A stretch of 53,678 nucleotides of DNA from Candidatus Magasanikiibacteriota bacterium (lineage in GTDB: Bacteria; Patescibacteriota; Patescibacteriia; Magasanikbacterales; UBA922): positions 1 to 53,678 of the forward strand of contig JACPSK010000006.1 of NCBI GenBank assembly GCA_016193335.1, read 5' to 3'. Under the pieces are notes generated by a model that was given only the letters and a program-made list of their open reading frames with translations, did no database searches and was not told the origin of the DNA. The translations under genes and the position numbers were made by a program. Shown piece by piece: positions 36,964 through 47,164 of this stretch (position 1 is the stretch's first letter; every line of letters begins with the position of its first letter).

Positions 36964-38532
36964 TTAAGAAATTAGTTCTCCGCCAAACGCAGAGGCCAAA
37001 TGCTGCAATTCTTTTTGGGTTTCGTCAAGAGAACCTTGTTCCACTATCACCCGCAGACAAACCGGCAGCTTCAAAATTTCTGAAAAAGCGGATTCTATGG
37101 TTTGTCTATTTTTGCTTTCTATTATTTTTTCTTTATGAAAGTCGAAAGAGGCCTTCATGACCACGCAATTGTTTTCAACAGAATCCACTTCACACATTTT
37201 TAAAATGAAAACGAGAGATGGATGAGTTTTTTCTACTGCCGAAAGTACGAGAGGCCACGCTTCGTTCACCTGTTTTTTTTCTAGAATAATGTCTACTTCC
37301 GGTTTTTCTGTTTCAGTATGCCTCTGCGTGTCTGTTTTTGCCTCTATTTTTTGGGGTATTGTCTTGGGTTCTTTGTTGTTCTCTTCATTTTTGTCGGTTT
37401 TTTTCTGGTTCGTTTTTTTTGTCTCTTCTTTTGTCGCTGCTTGAGCTTCTGTTTCTTGCCCCCATTCCAAGATAAGCATTTCAAGCGGAAGAGAGGGAAT
37501 GGGAGCCGAGGGGATTTGGCCTGCCCGTTTCATGAATAGTTCTATGAGCTTGAGAAGCTTCCGAGCGTTCATGGTTTTGAGTATCTGTTCCAGAGTCTGA
37601 AGTTCATGCTGAGAAAATTTGTCGGCCGCTAATGCATTGTTATTTTGGTAAATGGCTATGTCGCGGAGCAATGAAATCATATCTTCGGCAAATTGATCGA
37701 AGCGGAGGCCTTCTTCGCTCATGTGCTGTAGGAGTGCGAGGGCTTTGGGTTTATCGTTTTGATTGAGTAAATCTATCAATTCATATTGAATCTCGCGCTT
37801 TGTGCTCGGTATGATGAATTCAATCAATTCCGCGGTGATATGTTTTTCTCCTGAGGCCATCGCGTGATCGAGGAGCCCTATGGCGTCTCGCACGCAGCCT
37901 TCACTTTTTTGGGCGATTCTTTCGAGGACTTCTTCATCCAGACTTATGCCTTCTTTTTTGCCTACAGCTGAAAGATGTTCCATCATTTCTGTTTTCGAGA
38001 TTTTTATAAAATTGAATTTCTGACAGCGAGAAACAATGGTTACCGGCACCTTATGCAATTCGGTGGTCGCCAGAATAAACAAAACTTGGCTTGGGGGCTC
38101 TTCCAGGGTTTTTAGAAGAGCGTTAAAGGCCTGTGGCGAAAGCATGTGGACTTCATCGATGATGAATATTTTATAAGCAAGCCGTGTGGGTCTGAATTGA
38201 GCGTTCTCTATAATATTTTGTCGCACATTATCCACTCCGGTATGGCTGGCGGCATCTATTTCTATCACATCTATGGCAGAACCCGAGCTTATTTCTGTAC
38301 AGCTGCCGCAGGCGCCGCAGGGTTCAGCGTCATCTTTTTTTCGTTTCAGACAATTAAGGGCCTTAGCTAGAATTCTTGCCAGGCTTGTCTTTCCCACCCC
38401 TCGAGGGCCTGAAAATAAGTAGGCATGAGCCGGTTTTTCTTTTTTTACTTGGTTCGTGATTGTTTGTACAATATGTTTTTGATTCACCACTTCTTTGAAT
38501 TTTTGGGGGCGATGGGTATGGTATAGTGCCAT
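36964..38532 (-). CDS. dnaX: DNA polymerase III subunit gamma/tau
   Basis: RPQKF, GPRGVGKT, Zn-binding cysteines, EIDAAS, DEVHML, SRC. Confidence 0.97.
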   Translation of the reverse strand: MALYHTHRPQKFKEVVNQKHIVQTITNQVKKEKPAHAYLFSGPRGVGKTSLARILAKALNCLKRKKDDAEPCGACGSCTEISSGSAIDVIEIDAASHTGVDNVRQNIIENAQFRPTRLAYKIFIIDEVHMLSPQAFNALLKTLEEPPSQVLFILATTELHKVPVTIVSRCQKFNFIKISKTEMMEHLSAVGKKEGISLDEEVLERIAQKSEGCVRDAIGLLDHAMASGEKHITAELIEFIIPSTKREIQYELIDLLNQNDKPKALALLQHMSEEGLRFDQFAEDMISLLRDIAIYQNNNALAADKFSQHELQTLEQILKTMNARKLLKLIELFMKRAGQIPSAPIPSLPLEMLILEWGQETEAQAATKEETKKTNQKKTDKNEENNKEPKTIPQKIEAKTDTQRHTETEKPEVDIILEKKQVNEAWPLVLSAVEKTHPSLVFILKMCEVDSVENNCVVMKASFDFHKEKIIESKNRQTIESAFSEILKLPVCLRVIVEQGSLDETQKELQHLASAFGGELIS

Positions 38533-38780
38533 AAAATCAAGATATTTTTCAGATACTTAGGCATGAAATTGTCATGGACTTTCATAGTATATAGCAGTTG
38601 TGGAAAAAGGTAAACGATATATTGCGTTTTGTTTTGCGGTGTTTGTATTTTTTAAGTATGTTTGTTTTTTATCCGGAGATAAGGGAGTTTTTTCCGCCTA
38701 CTTGTATTCTTTCGGTTTCTATGCTATACTATGGATAATAGTATATAAGTCTTTTATTCAGTCATTATTAATATAGTTTT

Positions 38781-39038
38781 ATGCCAAGAAAAGCCAATCC
38801 AGCTCTTCTCAAGCCCTTGAAACTCTCTGCGGCGCTTGAGGCAGTCGTGGGCCCAGGGCCCTTAGCTCGGGGAGAAGTCGTGAAGAAATTGTGGGAGTAT
38901 ATAAAATCTCACAATCTTCAGAATCCAGCGAACAAACGCAATATCATGGCAGACGACAAATTGCGGCCCTTATTCGGTGGCAAGAGCGAAGTAAATATGT
39001 TTGAAATGACCAAATTGGTTTCCGGACACATGAGTTAA
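38781..39038 (+). CDS. Stand-alone SWIB/MDM2 domain protein
   Basis: LSAALEAVVG...RGEVVKKLWEYIKSHNLQ...DDKL...MFEMTK. Confidence 0.9.
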   Translation: MPRKANPALLKPLKLSAALEAVVGPGPLARGEVVKKLWEYIKSHNLQNPANKRNIMADDKLRPLFGGKSEVNMFEMTKLVSGHMS

Positions 39039-39050
39039 ATTCAGGATATG

Positions 39051-39086
39051 AAAAAATAAACCCCAAAAAACGGGGTTTATTTTTTT
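39051..39086. terminator. Bidirectional terminator
   Basis: AAAAAATAAACCCC-AAAAAAC-GGGGTTTATTTTTT between convergent genes. Confidence 0.75.
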
Positions 39087-39186
39087 ATCTTTCTATTCTT
39101 CTATGGTCTCTATAAAATTTCTAGAGACCATAGTCAGAATGCAGAGGCTATTCTTCCTCTGCGAAAAGAACGTTTAGCCTATCGTT

Positions 39187-40041
39187 TCAGGCCGGCCTGG
39201 CTGCCAGTCTGCCGATGAAGGCCACAAGAAGCGCTATGAAAGCATCACGGCTTTTTGTAGCCGTATCAGCCACTTCTTCATGCGAGAGCTCTTGGCCCGT
39301 GATCCCCGCGGCCATGTTGGTAACGCAGGAGATTCCCAGGATCTCGAGTGGATCCTGGCCCAAACGTTGGGCTACCTGGCGAGCCATGTGGCGAGCCGCG
39401 ATCACTTCAGGAACTGTGCTCATTCCAACTAAGTCGGCGCCGGCTTTTCGAGCCATCTCCACTTCTGCCGGTGTCTCGTAGGTAGGGCCCGAGAAGGCGG
39501 CATAGACTCCCTCGCGGAGTTCCATGCCCAGAGTTCTGGCAGCATCCTGTGCCAGAAGACGAAGCCTTCGGGAGTAGACATCTGTCATGTCTGGGAAGCG
39601 GGTGCCGAGCCTGTCATCATTCGGTCCGCGCAGAGGATTTACGCCCATCAGGTTAACATGGTCTCTTATCAAGACCAAGTTTCCTGGCCTGTAATCTCTG
39701 TCCACGCCTCCCGCGGCATTGGTGACGATGAGGGTTTTGATGCCCATGGCCACCATAACACGGACCGGGAAGACCACAGTGTCCATGTCATGCCCTTCAT
39801 AAAAGTGCACGCGGCCTTGCAAAGCCACGACATTCACTCCGGCCACGCGGCCAAAACAGACCTGCCCCGAATGTCCCTCAACGCTCGGCTCAGGGAAATG
39901 GGGGATGCCCCGGAAGGAATGTTTCTCTGCATCTTCAAAGGTGTCGGCAAAGGCCCCAAGCCCCGAGCCGAGCACCAGTCCAACGCTCGGACATCGGTCA
40001 AGGGCTCGCAGAGCTTCAAAAATTCTGTCGTAGGCTTTCAA
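39187..40041 (-). CDS. punA: Purine-nucleoside phosphorylase (trimeric type)
   Basis: LGSGLG, GRVHFYEG, TNAAGG, GPTYETPAE, GMST, TNMAAG, HEEV; TTG start after a GGAGA SD; GC-rich. Confidence 0.92.
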   Translation of the reverse strand: MKAYDRIFEALRALDRCPSVGLVLGSGLGAFADTFEDAEKHSFRGIPHFPEPSVEGHSGQVCFGRVAGVNVVALQGRVHFYEGHDMDTVVFPVRVMVAMGIKTLIVTNAAGGVDRDYRPGNLVLIRDHVNLMGVNPLRGPNDDRLGTRFPDMTDVYSRRLRLLAQDAARTLGMELREGVYAAFSGPTYETPAEVEMARKAGADLVGMSTVPEVIAARHMARQVAQRLGQDPLEILGISCVTNMAAGITGQELSHEEVADTATKSRDAFIALLVAFIGRLAARPA

Positions 40042-40173
40042 TTTGTCTTCTCCGTAGTTTGAGTACAGCTTACTTAATATCACGAATAAGAGGCAAAGTC
40101 CAATCTCGCCGTATCGCACATAAATATTTTTATGGGTCAGAGTGGCTAAGCAATTCTTTTATCTTAGGTGGAA

Positions 40174-40224
40174 AAACTAAAATTTAAAAAAACAGGTTAA
40201 ACCTGTTTTTTTAAATTTTAGTTT
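40174..40224. terminator. Perfect 24 bp inverted repeat, probable terminator
   Basis: AAACTAAAATTTAAAAAAACAGGT-TAA-ACCTGTTTTTTTAAATTTTAGTTT, just after the stop at 40234. Confidence 0.7.
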
Positions 40225-40233
40225 AAGATAAAA

Positions 40234-40947
40234 CTATTTTGAGATGATATTTTCCACTGCCCCCCAGTCGCTCTTGGCGTCTTCGGGTACGATCAAAACC
40301 ACTTCATCACCCGGTTTTCCTTTGTAAAAGGTGGCCGAAGCCGTAAGGATTTTGTACATTCTTCCTGCCTGTTCCACTGTCCATTTTTGCGATTCTTCAT
40401 CAAAGCGTAGTACTCCGATTATTCGTTTTCTTTGACAGGGGCCGATTTGTTTAAACAAAAATTGTCCGTTTGCTTTGATGCTAAGCTTCATCATATCTCC
40501 TTCGACCAATTTTGATTTGCTGGCGTAATTCGGAGCCACGGCATATTCTTTTCCGTCCGGGCCCACCATTTTTTCTCCATTAAAAACTCCTTCCACTATT
40601 TGTTCACCGCTCGGCAGGCTTACCGATTCCGTTTCTCTTATTTTATTATTGTATTGTTCTATCGGTGAAATTTTTTCTCCTTGCAAGAGTCTGAGAAGTC
40701 CCTCTACTTGGTCTTTTATAGCGTAAGCCGTTCGTTTGATCTGCTCCAGATTCGTAATTTGAGATTCTTTTGTTGAGTCTTGCTGAAGGCTTTGCTGTAT
40801 TTCTGTGTTTTTTTCATCTCTCGTGCTTTGGTTTGGGACTTGCGCCATTTGATGGGATATGCCGGAAGTTTTTTCCGCGACGGGCAGCTCTTCCATGTGA
40901 AGATCTGAAAAATGTTCGCCGTTTAGAATGTCTGATATTTGATTCAT
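40234..40947 (-). CDS. Conserved CPR-type hypothetical protein
   Basis: EGVFNGEKM...YAVAPNYASKSKLVEGD...FKQIGP motif, recalled from CPR genomes; start at MNQISD. Confidence 0.65.
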   Translation of the reverse strand: MNQISDILNGEHFSDLHMEELPVAEKTSGISHQMAQVPNQSTRDEKNTEIQQSLQQDSTKESQITNLEQIKRTAYAIKDQVEGLLRLLQGEKISPIEQYNNKIRETESVSLPSGEQIVEGVFNGEKMVGPDGKEYAVAPNYASKSKLVEGDMMKLSIKANGQFLFKQIGPCQRKRIIGVLRFDEESQKWTVEQAGRMYKILTASATFYKGKPGDEVVLIVPEDAKSDWGAVENIISK

Positions 40948-41058
40948 ATGTTTGTGTTTATGTTTTATGAGCGGCTGAGACCGGGAAGATTTCCCAAAAT
41001 TATTTTTTTTCGTTTTCGTATGAACAGGCCAATGGAGCATCTGTGTTTTTTTGGTATC

Positions 41059-43635
41059 CTACAGGGAGGCCTCTATCATATCTGTTTTGCCGCTTTTTTC
41101 CGCGCCACCGAGTTTGGTTCTTTCAAGTATTTCAGCTTCCACAATACCTCGATCTCTGCCATATTTCAAGCGAGACAATTGCTTTATGGCTTCGCCCAGT
41201 TCTTTGTTGCCCGGTTTCGGAGGATAACTCAGCATACTAAAGGGCTTGGCCGTCTCATTGTCTATGAGCAATTTGGTATAGTAAGAAAATTGTTGAGGAT
41301 TCAAGAGATCATAAGATCCAAACACAGGGGCAAACTCTTTTGCCAGTATATCCGCGTCCTCAGGGCCAATACGCCCTACGCACATGGTTCCCACATTGCC
41401 GAGCACCGCGTCCCGAATCGCGGATTTTCCTTTGTCGTCGGTGAGTTGGCCCATGTATTGGTGCGCGATAATAAGATCAAGCCGATATTTGCGGGCTTCT
41501 GAGAGAATGGTTGAGATTGAGTCAGTTACAAAATTTTGGAATTCGTCAATATAAAGATAAAAATCTTTTCGATGTTCTTCGTCCGTGGAGGCCCGGGCCA
41601 TGGCAGCCATCTGAAGTTTGGCGACCACAATGAGGCCAAGAAGTTTGGCGTTAACTTCGCCCGTGGTGCCTTTGGAAAGATTAACCAAGAGAATTTTTTC
41701 TTCGTCCATGAGTTCGCGGAAATTGAATCCTGATTTTTGCTGTCCCATGATATTGCGCATCATTTCATTTTCCACGAATCTGCCTACCTTTGAAATAAGA
41801 TAGCCGAGCATTTCTGATTTGTGAAAATCGCTCGTTTGCGCCATTTCTTTTTCCCAAAAGGCTCTTACCACCGGATCTTTGAGTTTCACCAGATATTTTT
41901 TTACATACGCGTTGTCTGTAAACATCCGGGGAATATCTATAATGGTTCCGGGGTCATTGAGGTCTGCCATGAGAGTAAGCATGACATTTCTCATGTTGTG
42001 CTCAAACATGGGCCCTATCATTTCCGGAGGGAAGAGTTTGTAGAAAATGCTGATCATTTCCTGGACCGCGAAGTCTTTTTGATCTTCGGTTTTTGCCTCG
42101 AGCATGTTGAGGCCTATGGGCCGCTCGAGATCAGAAGGGTTGAAAATCACTACGTCATCAGCTCGGTGTTTGGGCACATGTTTGAGCACGTCTTCCACCA
42201 GGTCTCCATGCGGGTCCACCACGCAAACGCCTTTGTCGTTTTGTATGTCTTGTATGGCCAAATTTTGTATCAGTACCGATTTTCCAGTGCCTGATTTGCC
42301 GATAATATAGAGATGGCGGCGACGATCGGCTTCTTTGATGAATATGGAAGTATCTATGCCTCGGTATTTAACATGGCCGAGGAGAAGCCCTGAATTCGCC
42401 ACGTTGGATGGAGGAGGAGCCGTGCGCCCGCTTAGCCATTTGATATTTGGAGCTTCGGTGGAATGAAGCGGCAGATGCCATAGTCCGGCCATTTCTTCGG
42501 TGTTCACCAGCGTTTTGCGATGTTCATGAAAGCTTCGGTAGATGAATTCCTGGATGATTTTTTTTTGATTCCGCGGCATAATGGCGCCAAATTCATTGCC
42601 ATAACGGTAGAGATTGAATTGGCTGAATGAGTTGAGAATGTTTTCCAGATTTAAGCGCGCTGTATTTTCATTGTCCGACGCGGAGACAACTCGTATGGTC
42701 ATATCCAGACCTCCTTTGGACAATTTTTGTTCAATTCCCTTGAGCATTTCTTCTTCCATGGAAGAAAGCTGGTAGCGGTTGTTCATGGATTGATGATCCT
42801 TGTTTGAGGAACTCAAAACCACTTCGCGGAATGCTTTGCCACTTTTGCCTATGCCTTGCATAAAGCGACTTCTATGCGCGACACGTTCAAATTTTTCCCC
42901 TTTTTTAACTTCTCTCACTATGTAGACTCCTTGTCTGCGCCAGGATCGCTTCGCGGAACGAATTATGTATTGGACTGCCACTGAACTGTTTTCCTCGCGT
43001 ACCCGTGAAAGCGCGTTCAACAAAGAAGACAAAGGATCGGAATCCATGCTTTTGTATGTCTTGAAGGGGAAGACAAGGGTTTTTTTGGCGGCGAGATAAG
43101 ATCCGAGAACAGTACTTTGGGGCCCGAAGATATTATAATCACTCATTTCTTCTATGTGAGCGTAAGGATATTGAGCATGAATCTGCTGTTCGAGAAAATT
43201 ACGTAATTTGTGCGGCACGGCCACGTAAAAATAAATAAGGCTGTTGTGCACTACCAGTTCAAAAGAAAGATGATCCGAACGTCCGCGGAACCAGCTGAGT
43301 ACGCCTCGTTCAGCTCGAAGCCCCGCTATGGTGGCAAACAAAGTTTCGGTAATGCCGATTTCTTCTTTTATGTGTTCGAGTCTGTCTTCCTGCTGAGGAT
43401 TTTGGCCTGTTCCTTCGGATTTTCGTTCTTTGGGAACTTGGATTTGGAGTACCACTCGGTCAAAAGCTCCTGCTATCTTAAAAATATTTCTCGTGAATAT
43501 GCTGACAAGATACGATAAGCTCCCTATGGCAAGAATGACCAAGAGGGAGAGAATGATACTAAAAAAAACATCAGCGCCCGGTGTCGGATTTCCTGAAAGA
43601 GACCCGTATTGATTATTGAGAAAAAGCTGAAGCAT
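41059..43635 (-). CDS. VirD4/TraD-like coupling ATPase (HerA/FtsK superfamily)
   Basis: N-terminal TM; HLYIIGKSGTGKS, DPHGD, LYIDEFQNF, SEARKY, AHQY. Confidence 0.85.
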   Translation of the reverse strand: MLQLFLNNQYGSLSGNPTPGADVFFSIILSLLVILAIGSLSYLVSIFTRNIFKIAGAFDRVVLQIQVPKERKSEGTGQNPQQEDRLEHIKEEIGITETLFATIAGLRAERGVLSWFRGRSDHLSFELVVHNSLIYFYVAVPHKLRNFLEQQIHAQYPYAHIEEMSDYNIFGPQSTVLGSYLAAKKTLVFPFKTYKSMDSDPLSSLLNALSRVREENSSVAVQYIIRSAKRSWRRQGVYIVREVKKGEKFERVAHRSRFMQGIGKSGKAFREVVLSSSNKDHQSMNNRYQLSSMEEEMLKGIEQKLSKGGLDMTIRVVSASDNENTARLNLENILNSFSQFNLYRYGNEFGAIMPRNQKKIIQEFIYRSFHEHRKTLVNTEEMAGLWHLPLHSTEAPNIKWLSGRTAPPPSNVANSGLLLGHVKYRGIDTSIFIKEADRRRHLYIIGKSGTGKSVLIQNLAIQDIQNDKGVCVVDPHGDLVEDVLKHVPKHRADDVVIFNPSDLERPIGLNMLEAKTEDQKDFAVQEMISIFYKLFPPEMIGPMFEHNMRNVMLTLMADLNDPGTIIDIPRMFTDNAYVKKYLVKLKDPVVRAFWEKEMAQTSDFHKSEMLGYLISKVGRFVENEMMRNIMGQQKSGFNFRELMDEEKILLVNLSKGTTGEVNAKLLGLIVVAKLQMAAMARASTDEEHRKDFYLYIDEFQNFVTDSISTILSEARKYRLDLIIAHQYMGQLTDDKGKSAIRDAVLGNVGTMCVGRIGPEDADILAKEFAPVFGSYDLLNPQQFSYYTKLLIDNETAKPFSMLSYPPKPGNKELGEAIKQLSRLKYGRDRGIVEAEILERTKLGGAEKSGKTDMIEASL

Positions 43636-43656
43636 AACGTGAGGCTTCTGGCCTAG

Positions 43657-44250
43657 CTATTTTTGTTCATGTTTGAGCGTGATAATTCGGTCTGCTTTGA
43701 TTTTTGCTTCTTGTTCCAAGAAAAATCGATTGATCCCCGGAAGCATTTTAAGCCATTCCACCAGAAGTCTGAAGATTTGTTTTATTTTTATGTGTGAATC
43801 TTTGAGCAGATTTCGTATCTTCCAAGCCGTTTCTTCGCCTTTTATTTTGAATTCCTGTTTTTGCACCGGCGTGAGCTCCTGGTACGCATCGTTTAATCCT
43901 TCTTCGAGAATATGTTCTATTTTTATGGTTACTGGATCTTTGGTCTGGGGCATGACCGACTTTGCCTTTTGTTTTTTGGCGCCCAATTTTTTTCTAAGGC
44001 TTTTCAAGGTTTCGTCAAGGAAACTTTCTTGGCTTCGAATCGAGAGTGGTTCTTTCTTTTCTGATTTTTCCTGTTCTTGGCCGCCGATACGCGGAATTTC
44101 GGGCGCGGATTCGGGAGCCCGAGGTTTTGGTTCAAAGACCGGGACTGGAATTTGATCCAAAATAGAAGCGGGTTTTTGCTCGGCCGCCAGAAGAAAGTCT
44201 TTATCTTCGTTCATCTCTCCTGGTTTGAGATTATTATTTTGGACTGGCAT
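43657..44250 (-). CDS. Hypothetical protein
   Basis: Open frame co-oriented with the ATPase; C-terminal WLKMLPGINRFFLEQEAKIK looks conserved. Confidence 0.65.
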   Translation of the reverse strand: MPVQNNNLKPGEMNEDKDFLLAAEQKPASILDQIPVPVFEPKPRAPESAPEIPRIGGQEQEKSEKKEPLSIRSQESFLDETLKSLRKKLGAKKQKAKSVMPQTKDPVTIKIEHILEEGLNDAYQELTPVQKQEFKIKGEETAWKIRNLLKDSHIKIKQIFRLLVEWLKMLPGINRFFLEQEAKIKADRIITLKHEQK

Positions 44251-44352
44251 AGCTCAATGGCGAGAAATAAAGCGTATATGGACATGCGCATTTCATAGTA
44301 TAGCAAAAAGAAACTGGAAAAGCCACGTTTTTTTGGTCTGGATTAATCGGAG

Positions 44353-44376
44353 CAGCTCAAAATTATTTTTGAGGTG
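44353..44376. repeat. Dispersed palindromic repeat copy
   Basis: CAGCTCAAAATTATTTTTGAGGTG, just downstream of the cysS stop. Confidence 0.65.
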
Positions 44377-44382
44377 GATGTA

Positions 44383-45756
44383 TTATTTTTCTATCCTGCT
44401 TATTTTTTGTCCTTCAGGCGTGTCTTCCACCAAAAACCCCAATGAATGGATATCGTCTCGTAAAGTATCGCTTGTTTGAAAATTTTTCCCTTCGCGAGCT
44501 TTTTGTCTTTGTTTCAAGAGTTCCTGAACTTCATGCGGAATATGAAGAGGTCTCCCGGGGAATGTCCGGAGTTCAAGAGCGAGTATCTTATCAAAGGCAG
44601 AAATCATCGCTAGAGATACTGTTTTTTGTTTCAGGGCATTTTGAAGCACTGCCAACGCTTCAGCCGTGTTTAGGTCATCACGGATAGCGCCGAAAAATTC
44701 TTGTATCACGTGGGGGTCTCCCGGTTCCTGTTCTGAAATTTCGGCGATACGGCTACGCAGATGTTTGAGTCCTTGTTCGGCCGCTTCGAGCGCTTTCCAA
44801 GAGAAAGCGATCTGTTTCCTGTAGTGAGCCTGCAGGAGAAAATAACGGTAGGAGAGAGCGGATATGTCTCGTTTTATGATCCTTTCAAGAGTAATGAAAT
44901 TATCTCCGGATTTAGCCATTTTTTCTTTATCTCCAAAGCTTAGAAATTCTCCATGCAGCCAATACTGCACCCAGGGTTTAATTCCTGTCGTTGCTTCGGT
45001 CTGAGCTATTTCATTGCTGTGATGCACGGGAATATGATCTATACCGCCGCAATGAATGTCAAATTGTTCTCCAAGGTATTTTACACTCATGGCCGAACAT
45101 TCTATATGCCAGCCGGGAAATCCCATTTTTCCGAAAGCCTCCCATTCCATTTGACGTTTTTCCTCTGGTTTTGAAAATTTCCATAAGGCAAAATCATGGA
45201 GATTTTTTTTTGAACCCAAAGAAACTCGAGCTCCGGGTTTGAGTTCTTGTGTTTGGAGACCGGCCAATTTTCCGTAATCCGGTATTTTGGAGCTGTCAAA
45301 ATAAATGCCGTCTTCTGTTTCATAGCTTATTCCCTTTTCAGTGAGCTTTCGAACCATTTCAATCTGCTCTGGAATATGGTCTGTGGCCTTGCACCATAAT
45401 GAGGGTTCAAGAATGTTGAGCCGCGAAAGGTCTTGTTTGAAAGCTTCTGTGTATTTCGCGGCTATATCCCAGGCGCTCTGTCCTTCGCGTTTTGAACCTT
45501 TTTCCATTTTGTCTTCTCCGTTATCCGCGTCGTCGCTCAGATGTCCCACATCTGTTATGTTCATGACATGATACACGTCATATCCTTCTTGTTTAAGAGT
45601 TCTTTTGAGAATATCTTCAAATACATAGGTGCGCAAATTTCCTATATGGGCGTAGTTGTAAACCGTGGGGCCGCAGGTGTACATGCCGACTTTTTTCCCG
45701 TGCAGCGGTTTAAAACTTTCTTTTTTGCGTGTGAGGCTGTTGTACAGTTTTAACAT
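44383..45756 (-). CDS. cysS: Cysteinyl-tRNA synthetase
   Basis: CGPTVY, HIGN, GWHIECSAM, KMAKS; start at MLKLYN. Confidence 0.97.
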   Translation of the reverse strand: MLKLYNSLTRKKESFKPLHGKKVGMYTCGPTVYNYAHIGNLRTYVFEDILKRTLKQEGYDVYHVMNITDVGHLSDDADNGEDKMEKGSKREGQSAWDIAAKYTEAFKQDLSRLNILEPSLWCKATDHIPEQIEMVRKLTEKGISYETEDGIYFDSSKIPDYGKLAGLQTQELKPGARVSLGSKKNLHDFALWKFSKPEEKRQMEWEAFGKMGFPGWHIECSAMSVKYLGEQFDIHCGGIDHIPVHHSNEIAQTEATTGIKPWVQYWLHGEFLSFGDKEKMAKSGDNFITLERIIKRDISALSYRYFLLQAHYRKQIAFSWKALEAAEQGLKHLRSRIAEISEQEPGDPHVIQEFFGAIRDDLNTAEALAVLQNALKQKTVSLAMISAFDKILALELRTFPGRPLHIPHEVQELLKQRQKAREGKNFQTSDTLRDDIHSLGFLVEDTPEGQKISRIEK

Positions 45757-45967
45757 AGTTTGTATAACCGGTGGTGTGTCGGCAAGAGAAAGGCGTTCTT
45801 CTGTCTTGGTTGGAATAAGAGAAGGTGATGATGCCTCGTCTTTCGTCATGATTTTTATATCGCGATTTCCCAGTCTTTAGTATAGGCGAGCAAGTAAACT
45901 AAAGCAAGCGCATTTGATTTTTTTTTATTTTTTTTCTATACTTGAGCATTAGAATATTTTTATATAT

Positions 45968-46309
45968 ATGAAATTATTATTAAGATGGATTATAAACGCG
46001 GCCATGCTCATGGTTTTGGCATTATATTTGCCTGGCATAGAAGTGGAAGGATGGTATGCCGCTTTTATGAGCGCCCTTCTTTTGGGCTTGCTAAACGCGC
46101 TTCTGAGACCACTCTTGCTTTTGTTTACTTTACCCATTAATATCCTTACGCTTGGACTTTTTACTTTTGTCATAAACGGCTTATTGTTCTGGTTTGTTTC
46201 GAGTATTGTGGAAGGTTTTTCAGTATCAGGCTTCTGGAGCGCTTTTTGGGCGGCCTTTATTATGAGCGTTTGCAATTGGCTGGTGAGTTCTTTGTCTGAT
46301 AAGAAATAA
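45968..46309 (+). CDS. 4-TM holin-like (YvlD/superfamily IV) membrane protein
   Basis: LLNALLRPLL...LPINILTLGLFTFVING...GFWSAF. Confidence 0.85.
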   Translation: MKLLLRWIINAAMLMVLALYLPGIEVEGWYAAFMSALLLGLLNALLRPLLLLFTLPINILTLGLFTFVINGLLFWFVSSIVEGFSVSGFWSAFWAAFIMSVCNWLVSSLSDKK

Positions 46310-46347
46310 AATCTATTTCGAAATAAGCCCCGGCACATTTTTTGCCT

Positions 46348-47160
46348 ATGCTTGATGCATTTTTTAGAAATTTGAAACAAGTCTTCGCTTCAAAAAAATT
46401 CCTGCTCTATCCATTTTTTGGGGTAGCGGTTTTTTTTGTTTTGTTTTTGCTTGCTTATTTTGTCCGGCAACAGGCTCTTCTCGTGTTTCAAGAGCACAGT
46501 GAAGCTTTAAAACAGGGGAATTTGAAAGAGGCTTACGATTTGACTTCATCGTTTTTTCAAGATGAGGTGTCTTACACGGTTTTTGAAAATTTTTTTCTTT
46601 TTTCAGCTTCAAATCTTGACATGATAAAGATCAAAGAAAAAGATACAGAACGCAGAACGGCGACAATCTTGGCTGAATTCACCTTCAAAGACGGCTCTCC
46701 GTCAATATTGCTTAGCTATGTGCTAAGCAAGGACTCTGGACTCTGGCGGATCAGCTCTATAGATGGAAGCAAGAAGGGAGAAGAGCTGAAAGCCATAGGC
46801 GTTGGGGTTCCTGCCATTACTAGTGTTCAGTTGGGTTCAGGCTTGAGTGAAGAGCCCTCTGTCCTTAGAGAGCAGACTGATTTTGATAGATATGAAAGCA
46901 TAGACATGGTGGGACAAGTTTTCCATGTGCAACCGGGAGCGGAACTGAACGCGGTCCTCTATAATATGGAGCAAGACAGACAAATAGCCGAGAAAACTTT
47001 GAATGTTCCTGATGGCCAAGATTCATTTAAGTATTTTTTTTCGTTTAAACGCGGTGAAGAAGGACATTTTGTAGGCAATTACGAAATAAGGCTTAAGTTA
47101 AGGGTGGGAGGAGACGGTTCTGCTTTTATTTATCAAACCTATTCTCTGCGCGTGATCTAA
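46348..47160 (+). CDS. Membrane-anchored hypothetical protein
   Basis: N-terminal TM, EAYDLTSSFFQ...GLWRI NTF2-like pattern, C-terminal beta-rich domain. Confidence 0.6.
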   Translation: MLDAFFRNLKQVFASKKFLLYPFFGVAVFFVLFLLAYFVRQQALLVFQEHSEALKQGNLKEAYDLTSSFFQDEVSYTVFENFFLFSASNLDMIKIKEKDTERRTATILAEFTFKDGSPSILLSYVLSKDSGLWRISSIDGSKKGEELKAIGVGVPAITSVQLGSGLSEEPSVLREQTDFDRYESIDMVGQVFHVQPGAELNAVLYNMEQDRQIAEKTLNVPDGQDSFKYFFSFKRGEEGHFVGNYEIRLKLRVGGDGSAFIYQTYSLRVI

Positions 47161-47164
47161 GACT

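Noticed and set aside
45968-46309. Prophage suggested by a holin-like gene
   Set aside because: No other phage genes nearby; this family is commonly chromosomal.
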